Below, in pieces: positions 28,902-39,267 of a stretch of 64,000 bases of DNA. Position 1 is the stretch's first letter. Each line of letters opens with the position of its first letter. Origin of the DNA: Spirochaetia bacterium (lineage in GTDB: Bacteria > Spirochaetota > Spirochaetia > DSM-2461); contig CAXXIA010000001.1 of NCBI GenBank assembly GCA_963666985.2, positions 448,001 through 512,000 on the forward strand. Direction: 5' to 3'. Made by a program: the position numbers and the translations under genes. The notes under the pieces are model-generated. The model ran no database searches, was not told the DNA's origin, and saw only the letters and a list, made by a program, of their open reading frames with translations.

Positions 28902-30805
28902 TATGAATCCTCCCAGATATCGATGGTGTATCTATATCCCTGCTCGGTCAGAAATCTCTGGCGGTTGATGGCGAAGTCTTCTTCCACGGTTCCGCGCGAA
29001 ACAAGAGAATAGAACCAGGAATCGCGTTCTTTGGGACGGAGAATGCGTCCGAGTCTTTGGGCTTCTTCCTGTCTGGAACCGTAGGAACCCGAGAGCTGTA
29101 TCGCCACCGAGGCATCGGGAAGATCGATGGCGAAATTCGCCACTTTGGAAACGACGATAACGCGTTCTTCGCCCTTTCGAAAGGCTTCGTAAATCGTTTC
29201 TCTTTCCGGATTGGGCGTTTTCCCGGTAATGATGGGCACGCCCAGACGTGCTGCAATGGCTTCCAGCTGCGTGATGTATTGTCCGATAACCAGAATCTGA
29301 TCTTCATGTCTGTTTTTTACAAGCTGGAGAGCGATGTCGATTTTTCTGGGATTTTCCGCCGCCAAGCGGATTTTCCGCCGTTTATCCGCCATGGCATAGG
29401 GAATCCTGATTTCCGGCGGAAGTCCGATTCGGATTTCCCGGCATCGCGCTTCGGCAATCCATCCGGAGGATTCGAGTTCCTTCCAGGGAATGTCGTATCG
29501 TTTGGGACCGACCAGAGAAAACACATCCTTTTCCGCGCCGTCTTCCCGAATTAATGTCGCGGTCAGCCCCAGCCTCCGAACGGATTGAATCTCGGCCGTT
29601 ACACGGAACACCGGTGCGGGAAGCAGATGAACTTCGTCGTAAATAATCAGTCCCCAGGAATGCTTGCGGAATAAATCGAAATGCGGATAGGGACCGTCCT
29701 TTCCCTTTCTCCAGGTGATGATTTGATAAGTGGCCACGGTAACCGGACCGACACTTTTCCTGTCGCCCGTGTATTCGGCGATATCATCCGGGGCAAGATC
29801 GGTTTTATCCAGAAGTTCGTTGCGCCATTGGTGCACCGCGGCGACGTTGGTTGTGAGAATCAGCGTTCGGGTGCCCATGGCGGCCATGACGGCGATACCC
29901 ACCACGGTTTTTCCCGAACCGCAGGGCATCACCACGGTTCCGAAGCCCGTTCCGGGTTCTCCCGTGCCCAAAAAAGATTTCACCGCGTCCTCTTGGTAAT
30001 CGCGTATTGTCAGATCTTTTAATTTGACGCTCATCGGATCACCGGATTTCAGCGGAGCCAGATCTTCCACCGGAAAACCGATTTTAATCAGTTCCGCTTT
30101 AACGGTTCCCCTGTCGACCAAGCGCACAAGGAATCCGCCGGCGGACGGAATGAGCCATTTCGCCAGGGCTTTACGGGCCGACAGTTCCTCCCGTATCGCC
30201 GCATCGTCGGTTTCCAGTTTCAGCCACAGGCTTGAATCGCCCCCGGCATTCGCCGAAGCGGTTTCCGATGAAGATGAAACCGATGCCGAAGAGTCTGTGC
30301 CCGCCGCATCTTTTAACTTTTCATCGGTTTCGCCGGATTCCTCCGATGAGCCTGTTTTCCTTTCCGAATCCCCGTCGGCCCCTTCGGGTTCGGCCGATTG
30401 CGCGGTTTCCGGCGGCGATGAGAATCCGCCTGCGGCTCCGACCGCGGTGCCGCCTGCGGCATCGGCCGCGGCCAAGTCGGCCGCGTTATCGAAATCCACC
30501 GGCACCAGCCGCAATTTTCCCCACCGATTCATGGTCTCTTCGATTTGAACCGAAATATTTTCGGGAACAGGGTATCGGCTCCGGCGGGAAAGAGACTTTT
30601 GAACCTTGGAAGGACTCCATCCGGCTCCGGCGGCATTCCAGAGAGACAAAGGAGTAATCCGGTATGTATGCACGTGCTCGGGTGATTTCTCAAGTTCGGC
30701 GTAAGCGCCGATCTCACCGCGGCAATCTTCAAAAGACGGATCGTGGACATCGAGGAGAAGGGAGCCGTCTCCCTGGACAATAAGCGGCCGGCCGTCGTTA
30801 TTCAT
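28901..30805 (-). CDS. XPB/Rad25/Ssl2-family DNA repair helicase
   Basis: Starts MNNDGRPLIVQGDG; ELEKSPEHVHTYRITPLSLWNA, PCGSGKT, DEVH, GLTATLIRED, QRLGRILR. Confidence 0.93.
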   Translation of the reverse strand: MNNDGRPLIVQGDGSLLLDVHDPSFEDCRGEIGAYAELEKSPEHVHTYRITPLSLWNAAGAGWSPSKVQKSLSRRSRYPVPENISVQIEETMNRWGKLRLVPVDFDNAADLAAADAAGGTAVGAAGGFSSPPETAQSAEPEGADGDSERKTGSSEESGETDEKLKDAAGTDSSASVSSSSETASANAGGDSSLWLKLETDDAAIREELSARKALAKWLIPSAGGFLVRLVDRGTVKAELIKIGFPVEDLAPLKSGDPMSVKLKDLTIRDYQEDAVKSFLGTGEPGTGFGTVVMPCGSGKTVVGIAVMAAMGTRTLILTTNVAAVHQWRNELLDKTDLAPDDIAEYTGDRKSVGPVTVATYQIITWRKGKDGPYPHFDLFRKHSWGLIIYDEVHLLPAPVFRVTAEIQSVRRLGLTATLIREDGAEKDVFSLVGPKRYDIPWKELESSGWIAEARCREIRIGLPPEIRIPYAMADKRRKIRLAAENPRKIDIALQLVKNRHEDQILVIGQYITQLEAIAARLGVPIITGKTPNPERETIYEAFRKGEERVIVVSKVANFAIDLPDASVAIQLSGSYGSRQEEAQRLGRILRPKERDSWFYSLVSRGTVEEDFAINRQRFLTEQGYRYTIDIWEDS

Positions 30806-30958
30806 GGACCAGATAGTGTATCGAAAAGCGCCGTTCATCGGCAATGGGTATGAAGAGTTTTGCATTTGTTGAAAAAGTCTAAAGCCGTTAATGGTTATGG
30901 AATCGGAACAATGACTGTTAATCGTGTTTCTCATACGATAGGATTGATCAGGGAGGCA

Positions 30959-32977
30959 ATGGTAATGACGATACGTCTGCGTCTTGCGGCTCTTGCGGCG
31001 GTAACGAATATACTCCTTCTTTTTTCTCTTTACGCTTTCAACCATCAGAATTCAAACATGGAAAAAATTGGGAAGGAATTGAACATCCTCCGGGAGGCCG
31101 AAGGGGATTCTCCGCCGTCCCAAGTTCTTCCGGACGATTCCTCCGAATCGGAAAATTCGGCTCCCGGCGGGAATATTCGGCGCATGGAATCCGAATTGAA
31201 AAGGATGAAGAACAATCAGTCTCTCATCATGAATTCGGTTATTGGGTTTGTCGTCCTTATCTCGGTTGTTTTTAACTTTCTGATTATCCGGTTCATCATG
31301 AAAAAATCGGATCGTTTGCATAAGGATGTCGACGCTCTGAGCGGGGGCGATTTGACGGTCGGAGTCGATTCAAACGGGAAGGATGAATTCGGCGGCCTTG
31401 GCAAACAGATGACTCAATTCATCGAAGGCTTAAATACGGCCTTTCTGGCCCTAAAAGAGGGATTGCGTTTACAGTCGGCATCTCGAAACGATCTTGCCGC
31501 GGCCATAGCGGAATCCGCCGTATCGATAAATCAAGGGGAAAAGGACATCGATTCCATCTTTGATTTGACTCTTTCTCTGGATCAAAGCGTTCGGGATTCG
31601 GCGGATTCCATCGATACCATCGTCGGCCGTATCGAGAATTTCACGGAAATGATTCAGTCTCAAGTCGCCATGGTGGAAGAGTCGACGGCGGCGATGACGC
31701 AAATCAGCGCGTCTCTTTCCAATATGTCGAAGGTGGTGGCCGACAACAGAGATGCCGCCGGAAAACTTGAAGCGGCTTCCCGGTCGGGCAGCGAGAAAGT
31801 GGAGGAAACCGGAGGAATCATTAAAAAAGTCAGCGGCCATGTGAACGCCATTCAGGAGATGTCCGACGTTATCAAGGGAGTCGCCGATCAAACCAACCTT
31901 TTGGCGATGAATGCCGCCATTGAAGCGGCGCATGCCGGAGATGCCGGCCGCGGATTCGGTGTTGTGGCCGATGAGATTCGCAAACTCGCCGAAACCACTG
32001 CCGAGAATTCCCGTATTATCAGTGATAATCTGCACGCCATTATCGAAGATATCAAACAGGCGGGAAATTCCAGTCTGGATACGGTGGCTTCCTTTGAAAT
32101 GATCGATAAGGAAGTCGGCGGCGTGACAAACAGTCTGTCGGAAATCGCTTCGAATATTGATGAGCTGAGTTTGGGCGGCAATCAGGTATTGGAAGCCATG
32201 AACGATCTGAGGGAATACACGTCTCAAGTTCATGACAATACGGCTGAAATCTCCAAGAGCATTCATTTTGTGGGAAGTGCGGTTAATACCGCTTCGGACA
32301 TTTCTCGCCGGGTGAGTTCCGGAGGTGAAAAAATTCGCTTGGGAATGGATGTTCTTCGAGAGAGTTCCGTTCGGACCGGAAACGTTGCCGATACAATCAA
32401 AACCGTCGGTTTCAAGCTGGAAGAAACCGTGAATAAGTTTCAAACGGATGCTCGCGGCCGGATTTCCGAACATACGGAAAAAAATGATGCGGAAAGCAAA
32501 AGGCGTACGGACGGTGGAACTCTTTCATCCTCCATGCGTTCCGAAAGACCTGCCGCCGATAATTTTGATTCCAAGAAACCCTCGGCGGGTTTTAATGCTT
32601 CGGAATCCAGAACAACGGCGGGAACCGCCGACAAACGGCACGAGCCGTCCGTGCGGGGAAAAAGCGTTAAGAAAGAAGATAGCGAACGATCCGTTCCCGG
32701 TGATGCCGCCTCGAAGACAGCGCATGCTGACACGGCGCCGAAACCGGCCCCCAAAAAAGCTGTTTCGGAGAACCCGAAAACCGTTTCGGCAAAAGAGAAC
32801 CTCTCGGTTCCGCTTTTTATTCCGGAAGAATCGGAGCCTCCGACGCTCTCCATACCGAAGCGCGGAATCGGTATCGTTGAGGAAACGGACGACGGTGTTA
32901 CCTTGAGTGAAGGCGATTGGCCTGGCCGCAGAGAAATCGTCGTTGTAGACGATGACGGCAATACCGATCAGCCATGA
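30959..32977 (+). CDS. Methyl-accepting chemotaxis protein with long disordered C-terminal tail
   Basis: Two TM helices, HAMP (GKDEFGGLG), [43 protein letters not shown] before ATG 30959. Confidence 0.92.
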   Translation: MVMTIRLRLAALAAVTNILLLFSLYAFNHQNSNMEKIGKELNILREAEGDSPPSQVLPDDSSESENSAPGGNIRRMESELKRMKNNQSLIMNSVIGFVVLISVVFNFLIIRFIMKKSDRLHKDVDALSGGDLTVGVDSNGKDEFGGLGKQMTQFIEGLNTAFLALKEGLRLQSASRNDLAAAIAESAVSINQGEKDIDSIFDLTLSLDQSVRDSADSIDTIVGRIENFTEMIQSQVAMVEESTAAMTQISASLSNMSKVVADNRDAAGKLEAASRSGSEKVEETGGIIKKVSGHVNAIQEMSDVIKGVADQTNLLAMNAAIEAAHAGDAGRGFGVVADEIRKLAETTAENSRIISDNLHAIIEDIKQAGNSSLDTVASFEMIDKEVGGVTNSLSEIASNIDELSLGGNQVLEAMNDLREYTSQVHDNTAEISKSIHFVGSAVNTASDISRRVSSGGEKIRLGMDVLRESSVRTGNVADTIKTVGFKLEETVNKFQTDARGRISEHTEKNDAESKRRTDGGTLSSSMRSERPAADNFDSKKPSAGFNASESRTTAGTADKRHEPSVRGKSVKKEDSERSVPGDAASKTAHADTAPKPAPKKAVSENPKTVSAKENLSVPLFIPEESEPPTLSIPKRGIGIVEETDDGVTLSEGDWPGRREIVVVDDDGNTDQP

Positions 32978-33717
32978 GTCAATTTCTCGTCATCGGGCAC
33001 AGGGGCGCTCCGGACCAAGCTGTTGAAAACACCGAAGAATCTTTTCGCTCCGCCTTGGATGCGGGGGCTCATCTTATTGAAACGGATGTACGGATCAGCG
33101 CCGACGGTCATGTCGTGGTTGCGCATGATGCCGATTTTTCCCGTTTGGGAGGGCCCTCGACGCCCATCATCCGCCGCACTCGGGCCGAAATCAAACATTT
33201 TGAACTGCACGATGCGGAGGGAAGAACGGCGCGCCCCCTTTTTATGGACGAGGCCTTGGAACTGTTTCCCGATATTTCGTTTAATGTCGATCTGAAAGAT
33301 TCATCCGAGATAGCCGTAGAACCGTGGATTGCGCTTTTGCGTAAAACAGCGGCTTTTCAGCGGTGCCGGACCGCATCATTCAGCGACAAGACGCTGCGTT
33401 TATTTCGGAAAGCGGTGCCGGAAGCTCCGGTTTCCGTGGCACAAATGGGGGCGGCCTCTCTTCTTTTTGCCGCAAGATTCGGAAAACCCAGGAAGCCCGA
33501 CCCTTCGGAAGGCGTGATGCAGCTTCCCGAGAAGGCCGGCCCGTTATCCGTTGTTACGCCCCGGACTCTCGATGCCTGGCACCGCTCCGGCTGGAAAATT
33601 CATGTTTGGACCGTTGATAATGAAAAAGATATGCGGCGGCTCATGGGGTGGGGGGTTGACGGTATAATAACCAACCGCCCATCGTTATTGAAGCATATTA
33701 CAACGAGAGCACAATGA
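32974..33717 (+). CDS. Glycerophosphodiester phosphodiesterase
   Basis: [35 protein letters not shown]. Confidence 0.92.
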   Translation: MSQFLVIGHRGAPDQAVENTEESFRSALDAGAHLIETDVRISADGHVVVAHDADFSRLGGPSTPIIRRTRAEIKHFELHDAEGRTARPLFMDEALELFPDISFNVDLKDSSEIAVEPWIALLRKTAAFQRCRTASFSDKTLRLFRKAVPEAPVSVAQMGAASLLFAARFGKPRKPDPSEGVMQLPEKAGPLSVVTPRTLDAWHRSGWKIHVWTVDNEKDMRRLMGWGVDGIITNRPSLLKHITTRAQ

Positions 33718-35024
33718 AGCAGCACGATAAGACCTTTATCATCGATACCAATGTCCTCGTTCATCGACCCGACGCCTTTTTATCGTTTCGTGATTCCCTT
33801 GTCGTGATTCCCCTGTGGGTGTTCGAGGAACTCGATAATCTGAAGCGGGATCATGCGGGGCGCGGACGAAGTGCCCGGCAAGCCATCAGATATATCAATG
33901 AGTTTTCGAAAAAGGGCGATTTACAGTCCGGCGTGAAGCTTCCTTCGGGCGGAACCCTTATGGTGGGGTTCATCGGGGAAGTCAAAATCCCCAAAGATAT
34001 GTCGCTGGAGAAGATGGATAACAAGATCATTCTCTGCGCACTTTCCTATATGCAGGCCGGGAACGATGTTTTTTTCGTTTCGAAAGACATCAACGCCAGA
34101 ATCAAAGCTTCCGTATTGGGGCTTCGGGCGGTTGATTACGAGAAAAACAAGGTCAGCATGGAGCACCTCTACGACGGTGTCGTTGAGGCGCAAATCGACG
34201 ATGCGATGCTCACCGACTTTCAGATGTCCGGAAGACTGCCTTGGGACGAAAAACCTCTTTTCCCGCATCAGTATGTTCTTTTCCGGCAGGAGAAGGAAGG
34301 AAATAAAACTCTTCATATCGGAAGATGGCTGGTGGAAGAAGGGCTTCTCCGCTACGTGGAGTCCTGGCAGGAACCGGTGATGGGCATTAAACCGCTGAAC
34401 GTGAAGCAGCGAATGGCTTTCGATCTTTTAATGGACGATTCGATACCGCTGGTTACGCTGGTCGGAAAAGCCGGAACAGGCAAAACGCTCCTGGCCATGG
34501 CGGCGGCACTAAAGAAAACCCTGGAAGAAAAACAGTATTCCCGGGTTCTCGTGAGCCGTCCCATAATCCCCATGGGACAGGATCTCGGGTACCTTCCCGG
34601 ACAGAAGCAGGCGAAAATGTCCCACTGGATGCAGCCCGTGTTCGATAATCTTGAGTTTATCATCGACTCGGCGAAGCAGCAGAATCTAAAGAGCATCGAT
34701 CAGCTGCTCAACAACAAGGTGATGGAAATCGAGGCCATTACCTATATCCGCGGCCGATCCTTACCCCGTCAGTACATTATTATCGACGAGGCTCAGAATC
34801 TGACTCCGCATGAAGTGAAGACCATCGTGAGCCGCGCCGGCGACGGTTCCAAAGTGGTTTTAACCGGCGATCCTTACCAGATCGACAGCCCCTATCTCGA
34901 TGCGGAATCGAACGGACTGACGTACTTGGTGGAGGCCTTTAAGGGGCAGAATCTCGCCGGACATATTTCTCTGGCGAAAAGCGAACGAAGTCCGCTTGCC
35001 GAATTGGCGGCCGAGCTTTTGTGA
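33714..35024 (+). CDS. PIN-PhoH fusion (PhoH2/YlaK family)
   Basis: IIDTNVL..EELDNLK..DNKI..SKDINARIKA (PIN); GKAGTGKT, LGYLPG, RGRS, DEAQN (PhoH). Confidence 0.92.
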   Translation: MKQHDKTFIIDTNVLVHRPDAFLSFRDSLVVIPLWVFEELDNLKRDHAGRGRSARQAIRYINEFSKKGDLQSGVKLPSGGTLMVGFIGEVKIPKDMSLEKMDNKIILCALSYMQAGNDVFFVSKDINARIKASVLGLRAVDYEKNKVSMEHLYDGVVEAQIDDAMLTDFQMSGRLPWDEKPLFPHQYVLFRQEKEGNKTLHIGRWLVEEGLLRYVESWQEPVMGIKPLNVKQRMAFDLLMDDSIPLVTLVGKAGTGKTLLAMAAALKKTLEEKQYSRVLVSRPIIPMGQDLGYLPGQKQAKMSHWMQPVFDNLEFIIDSAKQQNLKSIDQLLNNKVMEIEAITYIRGRSLPRQYIIIDEAQNLTPHEVKTIVSRAGDGSKVVLTGDPYQIDSPYLDAESNGLTYLVEAFKGQNLAGHISLAKSERSPLAELAAELL

Positions 35025-35088
35025 TGAAATCCGTTGGTTTTCTCGGAAACCGGTTCATCGCAAGTTTTCCAAAGGCGGCTGAAAAACC

Positions 35089-35409
35089 ATGAAAAATCGC
35101 TCTTACGATTCGAAAATACTGAAAGAACTGGCCGAACTCACGGAACTTGCTCTTGAGAGGGAACGCTCCGCCCGGCTCGATGATGTTTCAAAGTCGCTCA
35201 ACCGATGGAAAAAAGGCGGAATCGGTTCCGCCGAAGCCCTGGAGAATATCCGCCGTTCGGCCGGAACCCCGGAAGTCTCTTGGCACAAAGACGCCGATCC
35301 GGGTGTTCCCGTGGCTCACGCCGTGGCCATGGGGCTTCTCTTTCGGGAGGATCTGTCCGACGGTGTTTGGAACAGTATTGAGGTTTTGATAACTCTTGCC
35401 GGGATTTAA
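35089..35409 (+). CDS. Hypothetical protein
   Basis: Clean ATG ORF in the same orientation as its neighbours. Confidence 0.65.
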   Translation: MKNRSYDSKILKELAELTELALERERSARLDDVSKSLNRWKKGGIGSAEALENIRRSAGTPEVSWHKDADPGVPVAHAVAMGLLFREDLSDGVWNSIEVLITLAGI

Positions 35410-35456
35410 TCGGTAAGATATTGGCCCCGAATGCGCGGGGAGATTATACTATAGAC

Positions 35457-35711
35457 ATGGAGCGTGTCCGTTTCTGCCGCTATTGCGGAGAACTTGTAGA
35501 AGATAAATGGCTGCATTGTCCTTGGTGCGGTCATGCTTTGTCTCCCGCGGCGATGAAGTGGGACGACATTATCGACGAATCCATGGATAAAACGGAACAG
35601 GCTCTCCTTAAAGGGAGGATCGTACGCCTTGACGATCTTTCCGGCCGCCTGAACGCCCTGGAATCCGAACTGGACAAATTCCTTGACGCCCGGATTCGTC
35701 AAAAGGGCTGA
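35457..35711 (+). CDS. Zinc-ribbon plus coiled-coil protein
   Basis: FCRYCG...HCPWCG followed by a heptad C-terminus. Confidence 0.75.
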   Translation: MERVRFCRYCGELVEDKWLHCPWCGHALSPAAMKWDDIIDESMDKTEQALLKGRIVRLDDLSGRLNALESELDKFLDARIRQKG

Positions 35712-35794
35712 TTCGCACAGCGGCGGCGATTTCGGCGTATTTTTCTTATCGTGCCGTTCGAATCATCCTTCGAAAAAAAGATGATAAGTTTTTC

Positions 35795-35822
35795 TAAGCC
35801 GCCCCGCGATTCAAGTCGATAA
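35795..35822 (+). promoter_or_regulatory. Putative sigma28 (FliA) promoter
   Basis: TAAG-N16-GTCGATAA versus consensus TAAA-N15/16-GCCGATAA. Confidence 0.45.
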
Positions 35823-35827
35823 AAGAA

Positions 35828-38137
35828 TTGATGAAGTCCGTCCAGACAATTTTTGTTCTCTTGATGATCGCTTCAACTCTCTATGCGGCCGATCCTTATT
35901 TTTCACTGTCGGATATGTCCGAGGACGATCGCCTTCTGTTTTCCTGCGATACCGATCAGCCCGGGTGGGGCGATTATAATTCTCTTTTTATTGCCGATCT
36001 CTCCGATGGCGATTCTCTTACGGAACTCACGCATTTTCCCGAACATGTTAATTTTTTCAGATCTTCCGGTGAACTGCAGATTCAGAACCGCTTTGGGCTG
36101 TATCGGATGGACCTGAATTCGAACGGGCGATTTCGTCGAATGCCCTTTTATCCTTCATTTGTTCAAGGAAACGAGATTCCCGAGGGCAGAATTCTTCCCG
36201 CCGCTTCTTCACCCGACGGCCGATGGATTCTCGTTCAGGAACCCAAAGGGCCGGTTCGGGGAAATTTGGTTCTTTACGATATCCATAAGGGAGGAATGAC
36301 GACGATATCCGAGAATCATATTCTCGATTATCGCGATCCTCCGGCGAAATGGTCTCCCGATTCGCGGTACATACTTTATACGAGAGACGGAAAACTCTAC
36401 TATTTTTCCGTCGGGCATGTTGAAGATGAGCGTATTCCGAACGAAGGATACCGTGAATTCGGACCGGGCACTCTGGACAGCATTCGCTGGACGGGTTCCG
36501 ATGCCTTGTTCTACATCAGAAACTCTCAAGTCAATCTGGTCCGGCCTTCCGAGTTCTTCACCAGGTCCTTTTATCTTGATCCGCTCCCCATCGGTCATGT
36601 CGTCGGATCGCTTCCCGTCGATTTCGATCCTCATTTTGATTCGTTTTGGCCTTCTCCCGACGGGAAGTCTCTGCTGGTTCTGAAAGAAGATCGAAATCTG
36701 TTTTTATTTCCTTTAACGGTTGGAGATTCCGCGGGAAACGAGAGGGCTCTTTCCCTTCCGTTCCTTCTGCTGCCGCACGGAGCCGCCGTGCTTCAAATTT
36801 GGTGGAGAATCGACGGTGAAATCCTTCTTTTGGCCGGCGGGAGCCGACGCGACGGATCGCCGACGATGCTTTATCACCTGAATCCCCGGGACGGTTCGGA
36901 TTCCTCTTTTTCTTTGATGGATGTTCCGGAAATCAGGCGATTGATTCCTTCTCCGGATCGTCTATCGGTAGCCTTTCTGGAATCGGGCGGCGTTTCGATT
37001 CGGAATTCGGATGATTTTAAAGAACGGCGCTTCATTGCCCATCCCGATCCGAGAGATCTTTTTTGGCTTGCCGAAGATCAAATCCTTATTGCCGGAGCCC
37101 GGCGGACCGAAGCGGTGAATCTTTCGGATGGCACCGTGCATTTACTGGCGCTTTCGCAGGCCGAAGAGGCCGGTTTCGATTCCGACGGAACCCTCATCGC
37201 TTTGGGAAACGGAAGGAAATATCGTTACGATACCGATCGGCACCTTTGGAGAGACTCAGGGGAAGGCGGAACCGGAATGTTCAGGCGTCCTCGTTTCGAA
37301 AACTTAGTGCATCGAGTGTATTTGGAAGATCTCAAAACGGCCTCCTATGCCAATCACATCATGGTCCGAACCGTCGACGGATTCGGAAATCGGGCTCTCT
37401 TCAGCGTCCCTGTTCCCGAAATGAAAGAATTGCCCGAGAAAGGGGAGATTGAGGAGATCGAAGCGGCCGATGAACGTCTTTTCTGTCACGGTTCGCGTAC
37501 TCGGAGGAGGGAAGTCGCCCTGGTGTTCGATGCCGTCGACGGTGATGAAGGGCTTGATGAGGTTCTCACCGTTCTCGCCGATTATGATATCAAGGCGACA
37601 TTCTTCGTTTGCGGTGATTTCATCAGAAGGCAGCCTGAGTCCGCTTTAATGCTCGCCGAATCCGGCCATGAAATCGGTTCTCTGTTCTATACGCACATGG
37701 ATATGACCGATTATCGCTATCGCATAGACGGAGATTTCGTTGTTCGGGGACTCGGTCGGAATGAAGACGAGTATTTTCGCGCGACGGGATTCGAAGTATC
37801 CACGTTATGGCATGCTCCATGGTATATTATCAGTCCTTCGATTCTGGAAGCGACGGGAAGAATGAGTTACGTTTACATCGGCCGCGACGTGGATCCCCTG
37901 GACTGGGTGACTCTGGACGCATCTTACGGAACAAGGGATTTATATGAACGGAGTCCTCTCTTGGTGGAACGGACTCTTGAAGAGAAAAAGCCGGGTTCCA
38001 TTATCCCTGTTCGCATCGGGAAACCCGGAACGAGGGAAGACTATTTTTTCAGAAAACTCGATCTGCTCATCAACGGCTTACTGAAAGCCGGCTATGATAT
38101 CGTCACTATTGGGGAAATGAGGGATCATGCTCAGTAA
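35828..38137 (+). CDS. Secreted beta-propeller plus polysaccharide deacetylase (NodB-like) protein
   Basis: Signal peptide; repeated SPDG/WSPD propeller motifs; VALVFD, KATFFV, GHEIGS C-terminal domain. Confidence 0.75.
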   Translation: MMKSVQTIFVLLMIASTLYAADPYFSLSDMSEDDRLLFSCDTDQPGWGDYNSLFIADLSDGDSLTELTHFPEHVNFFRSSGELQIQNRFGLYRMDLNSNGRFRRMPFYPSFVQGNEIPEGRILPAASSPDGRWILVQEPKGPVRGNLVLYDIHKGGMTTISENHILDYRDPPAKWSPDSRYILYTRDGKLYYFSVGHVEDERIPNEGYREFGPGTLDSIRWTGSDALFYIRNSQVNLVRPSEFFTRSFYLDPLPIGHVVGSLPVDFDPHFDSFWPSPDGKSLLVLKEDRNLFLFPLTVGDSAGNERALSLPFLLLPHGAAVLQIWWRIDGEILLLAGGSRRDGSPTMLYHLNPRDGSDSSFSLMDVPEIRRLIPSPDRLSVAFLESGGVSIRNSDDFKERRFIAHPDPRDLFWLAEDQILIAGARRTEAVNLSDGTVHLLALSQAEEAGFDSDGTLIALGNGRKYRYDTDRHLWRDSGEGGTGMFRRPRFENLVHRVYLEDLKTASYANHIMVRTVDGFGNRALFSVPVPEMKELPEKGEIEEIEAADERLFCHGSRTRRREVALVFDAVDGDEGLDEVLTVLADYDIKATFFVCGDFIRRQPESALMLAESGHEIGSLFYTHMDMTDYRYRIDGDFVVRGLGRNEDEYFRATGFEVSTLWHAPWYIISPSILEATGRMSYVYIGRDVDPLDWVTLDASYGTRDLYERSPLLVERTLEEKKPGSIIPVRIGKPGTREDYFFRKLDLLINGLLKAGYDIVTIGEMRDHAQ

Positions 38138-38144
38138 TTCGGGT

Positions 38145-38171
38145 TTAAATCGAATCCCGTGTGGCTGATGA
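38145..38171 (+). promoter_or_regulatory. Possible sigma28 promoter for fliS
   Basis: TTAA-N15-GCTGATGA upstream of fliS. Confidence 0.3.
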
Positions 38172-38199
38172 TTTATGTAGGAATGGAGGGTAGCACCCA

Positions 38200-38622
38200 A
38201 TGACATCAGATCCGCTTCGAGTCTATAAGCAAACCCGCGTGAAGACGGCTTCTCAAGGACAGCTGATTGTTATGCTGTACGATGAGGGGCTGAAACAGCT
38301 GAAAGCGGCGGAATCGGAACTTAAGAGAGACCCGCCGAAGTTGGATTCGGCTCACAACGCCATTGTGAAAGCACAGGATGTTATAACCGAATTGATGGTT
38401 TCCCTGGATTTCGACAAGGGCGGCGATATCGCACAGAACCTTTTTCATCTGTACATGTATTTCAATCAGAAACTCGTCGATGCCAATCTTTCCAAGGACT
38501 CATCCGGGATTACGGAGGTGTACACCTTAATGTCCGATCTTCGTGAAGCTTGGTCTTCCATAGAGAAAGAGACGGCCGGAACTAGCGGCAGGGTATCGAT
38601 CGGAGTGAATCTGGCGGGCTGA
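38200..38622 (+). CDS. fliS: Flagellin chaperone FliS
   Basis: YKQTRVKTASQGQLIVMLYD, KAQDVITELMVSLD, LYMYF, LREAW. Confidence 0.95.
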   Translation: MTSDPLRVYKQTRVKTASQGQLIVMLYDEGLKQLKAAESELKRDPPKLDSAHNAIVKAQDVITELMVSLDFDKGGDIAQNLFHLYMYFNQKLVDANLSKDSSGITEVYTLMSDLREAWSSIEKETAGTSGRVSIGVNLAG

Positions 38623-38626
38623 TTTC

Positions 38627-39064
38627 ATGCTTTCCGTGAATCCTTGGGCGGATCTGAATGCCTCCAGGCAGCGTGCCGTCGAGGAATACGAAATGATTCT
38701 TGATGCTCTGGAAAAAGCGCTGGAAGACCCCCTGGCGGCCACCGCAGGAGCCATGAAGCGGCAGAACGAATGCTGGGGTGCTCTGCTTTTTGCGGCCCGT
38801 GAATCGGGAGCCGCCTTATCTTCCGCCGTTCGAACAACCGAAGCACGGCTTAATGACGCCGCCGCCGCCGGAGAGTCCGCCGTTTTGGATGAAGCCCTGA
38901 CAAAACGTCTGGTGGCCGCCATGGAACGGACGGCCGTTTTATCCGAAGGAATACGCCGCCGCAGAACAGTGGCGGCGGAAGAAGCCTCAAAACGCCGGAA
39001 AAGACGTCCGTCACATCTACGGTATAGCCGAAATGAAGGCCGGCAGCTTGATATTAAGGTCTGA
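38627..39064 (+). CDS. Helical hypothetical protein (FliT/FlgN-like position)
   Basis: Directly after fliS; all-helical; ends in ...LDIKV. Confidence 0.55.
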   Translation: MLSVNPWADLNASRQRAVEEYEMILDALEKALEDPLAATAGAMKRQNECWGALLFAARESGAALSSAVRTTEARLNDAAAAGESAVLDEALTKRLVAAMERTAVLSEGIRRRRTVAAEEASKRRKRRPSHLRYSRNEGRQLDIKV

Positions 39065-39267
39065 AATCGGCTTGCTTTTTTTAAGATTCGCGAAGTTCCT
39101 GTTCGGCATATAAAAAATACACGCGAACATTTAACCGGAAAGTGTTCTTAAAATAACACAACCGTTACGTTCTCTTGATCGTTTTCTCATAGATTCCCGG
39201 TTTCATTTTTCTACCACTCTTTCGGACTTTAAATCCGAAAGAACAAAAAAATTTCCGGGAGGAAAAC

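Noticed and set aside
30806..31045. N-terminal extension of the XPB ORF overlapping the MCP ORF
   Set aside because: XPB homology begins at MNNDGRPLIVQ (30805); the region is a divergent promoter.
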